From Bacteroidales bacterium (GTDB lineage Bacteria > Bacteroidota > Bacteroidia > Bacteroidales > WCHB1-69): a stretch of 64,000 bases of DNA. The position numbers and the translations under genes were made by a program. Positions 62,391-64,000 of this stretch are shown one piece after another (position 1 is the first letter of the stretch; each line of letters begins with the position of its first letter). The notes under the pieces are model-generated. The model worked only from the letters and a program-made list of their open reading frames with translations. It ran no database searches and was not told the origin of the DNA. The stretch covers positions 34,264 through 98,263 of the forward strand of contig JAZLLK010000037.1 of the NCBI GenBank assembly GCA_045598105.1, given 5' to 3'.

Positions 62391-62819
62391 ATGAAGAAAT
62401 ATATATATAAATGTGGCATTGTATGCATGTGTATGCTCATAGGTAGCATACTTATCACCTGTGACACGCAGGAGGATCCCGTACCCTACACGCCTGTGGA
62501 TTTTACAGTAAGCATATACGCTAATAACTTAGTGCATGTAGGTAATTATGAATATTTTAGCGGTGGTATTAAAGGCATAGTGGTGTACAGGTTGGACCTT
62601 ACCACCTTCTACGCTTATGACAGGGCTTGCCCTTATGACTGGCGTTATGGCTCATACGTAGAAGTGGATAGTACCGATAATATTACGCTTATAGACTATG
62701 ACTGCGGCTCCACCTTTAACATACTCAACGGCTACCCCATGGACGGTATGGCCACACAGCCGCTTAGAAGCTATAATGCCGTAATGGTAGACGACATCCA
62801 CCTTAGGGTATATAATTAA
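62391..62819 (+). CDS. Lipoprotein with degenerate Rieske-like fold
   Basis: AYDRACPY...CGSTF...G.P...PLRSY; His ligands absent; start 62391. Confidence 0.6.
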   Translation: MKKYIYKCGIVCMCMLIGSILITCDTQEDPVPYTPVDFTVSIYANNLVHVGNYEYFSGGIKGIVVYRLDLTTFYAYDRACPYDWRYGSYVEVDSTDNITLIDYDCGSTFNILNGYPMDGMATQPLRSYNAVMVDDIHLRVYN

Positions 62820-62839
62820 CCGATTATCATTTATTTACC

Positions 62840-64000
62840 ATGTATATTATGAATAATAAAGCGAACATAAGTCTGTTAGCAATACTCCTTATAATGGGAG
62901 GTATGGCTCAGGCTCAAAAAGACTATCCCTGTGACATAGAATTGAGCAAAAAGGCCATAAAACTATGTGCTCAGGCTAAAGCTGCCCAAAATAAAGGTGA
63001 AAACAGCAAGGCTACCGCTCTATATAAGCAATGTATAGCCGAGCAGGACGACTGGGCCGAGCCCTACTACCGCTTGGGTATGCAGGCCATACGCCAATTG
63101 GAACGAAGTGAAGATAAGCCTGATAATTTATACCAATCGGCCATACAATATTTTGAAAAAGTAATAGCCTGCTGTCCGGACTATAAAATGGACGCCTATC
63201 TGCATTTAGGCAAACTGAATTATAGTATAGGCCAATACAATAAGGCGGTGGAATATCTGCAATACTTTGTAGAAGACCCTGACCGCATTAATCCCCGCCA
63301 ACATGAAGAAGCCGATTTGTTTCTTACCTATTCGGCTGAATATGCCAAATTGTACGGCAATCCTGTTCCCTATGATCCTAAGCCCGTTCCGGGCATGTCC
63401 ACCTCCGATGATGAATATTTGGGACGCATATCACCCGATGAGGAAAATATGTACTTTACCCGTAGAAAAATAATTAACAAAGAGCAATACGGACAAAAAA
63501 TCACCAATATTAAGGAAATATTTACCCATAGTATCCGTATGAGCAATGGAGACTTTACCGTAGGCGAAGCCCTCCCTGCCCCTTTTAACCGTACCGAAAA
63601 CGAAGGAAGCCCCACTATTACACTGGATAACAGCTATATGGTGTTTACCCGCTGCGCCAATATACCCGTGGCAGGCACCGCCGGTGAAACCTACTATAAT
63701 TGTGACCTTTTCTACACCGAATACATTGACGGCGAATGGACACCTATTAAAAACATGGGTAAAAACATTAATCGTGAGGACTCATGGGAAGCCCAAGCCA
63801 GTGTAAGTCCCGACGGAAAAGTACTGTTTTTTGCCAGCAACCGCCCCGGCGGCCATGGTGACGGCGATATAGATATATATTATTCCTTGCGTGATGCCAA
63901 TGGAAATTGGCAAAAAGCCGTAAATGCCGGCAATGTTATCAATAGCGAAGGTAATGAAAAATCACCCTTTATACATGCCGACGGACGCACGCTATACTTC
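62840..64000 (+). CDS. TPR + PD40 repeat protein (OmpA/PorE-like architecture), 3'-truncated; absent from the ORF track
   Basis: Open frame from ATG 62840 to the window end; signal peptide, TPR (AEPYYRLG), PD40 repeats (SVSPDGKVLFFASNRPGG; SPFIHADGRTLYF). Confidence 0.85.
   Translation, partial: MYIMNNKANISLLAILLIMGGMAQAQKDYPCDIELSKKAIKLCAQAKAAQNKGENSKATALYKQCIAEQDDWAEPYYRLGMQAIRQLERSEDKPDNLYQSAIQYFEKVIACCPDYKMDAYLHLGKLNYSIGQYNKAVEYLQYFVEDPDRINPRQHEEADLFLTYSAEYAKLYGNPVPYDPKPVPGMSTSDDEYLGRISPDEENMYFTRRKIINKEQYGQKITNIKEIFTHSIRMSNGDFTVGEALPAPFNRTENEGSPTITLDNSYMVFTRCANIPVAGTAGETYYNCDLFYTEYIDGEWTPIKNMGKNINREDSWEAQASVSPDGKVLFFASNRPGGHGDGDIDIYYSLRDANGNWQKAVNAGNVINSEGNEKSPFIHADGRTLYF

Noticed and set aside
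433-63615. Numerous antisense and overlapping ORFs in the track
   Set aside because: Shadows of well-supported genes; no motifs of their own

Overview
64-kb chromosomal segment of a Bacteroidales-type anaerobe, judged from TAnnTTTG promoter elements, T9SS cargo proteins, a GldA-like ABC ATPase and hydG. Most of it is housekeeping: pckA, metG, rnhB, hpt, dnaX, purE, lepA, purB, fba, uvrB, dnaA, tilS and tRNA-Ala(GGC). It also holds a partly AT-rich surface-glycan locus and an HpaII-like restriction-modification island. The most unusual signals are non-coding. (1) Three copies of a 0.56-1.17 kb mosaic element, each made of two inverted, covarying multi-hairpin arms, flanked by AGCGHATGCGG direct repeats and carrying optional nested hairpin modules. 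(2) A TGWCA-N5-TGWCR box found five times. (3) A convincing dif-like Xer site at 47468-47495, next to a decayed mobile-element fragment and only about 5.5 kb from dnaA. Two recoding candidates are also present: dnaX split by a +1 frame overlap without a poly-A tract, and a Vsr-methyltransferase fusion that depends on an A9 tract. All family calls come from motif recognition by eye; no searches were run.
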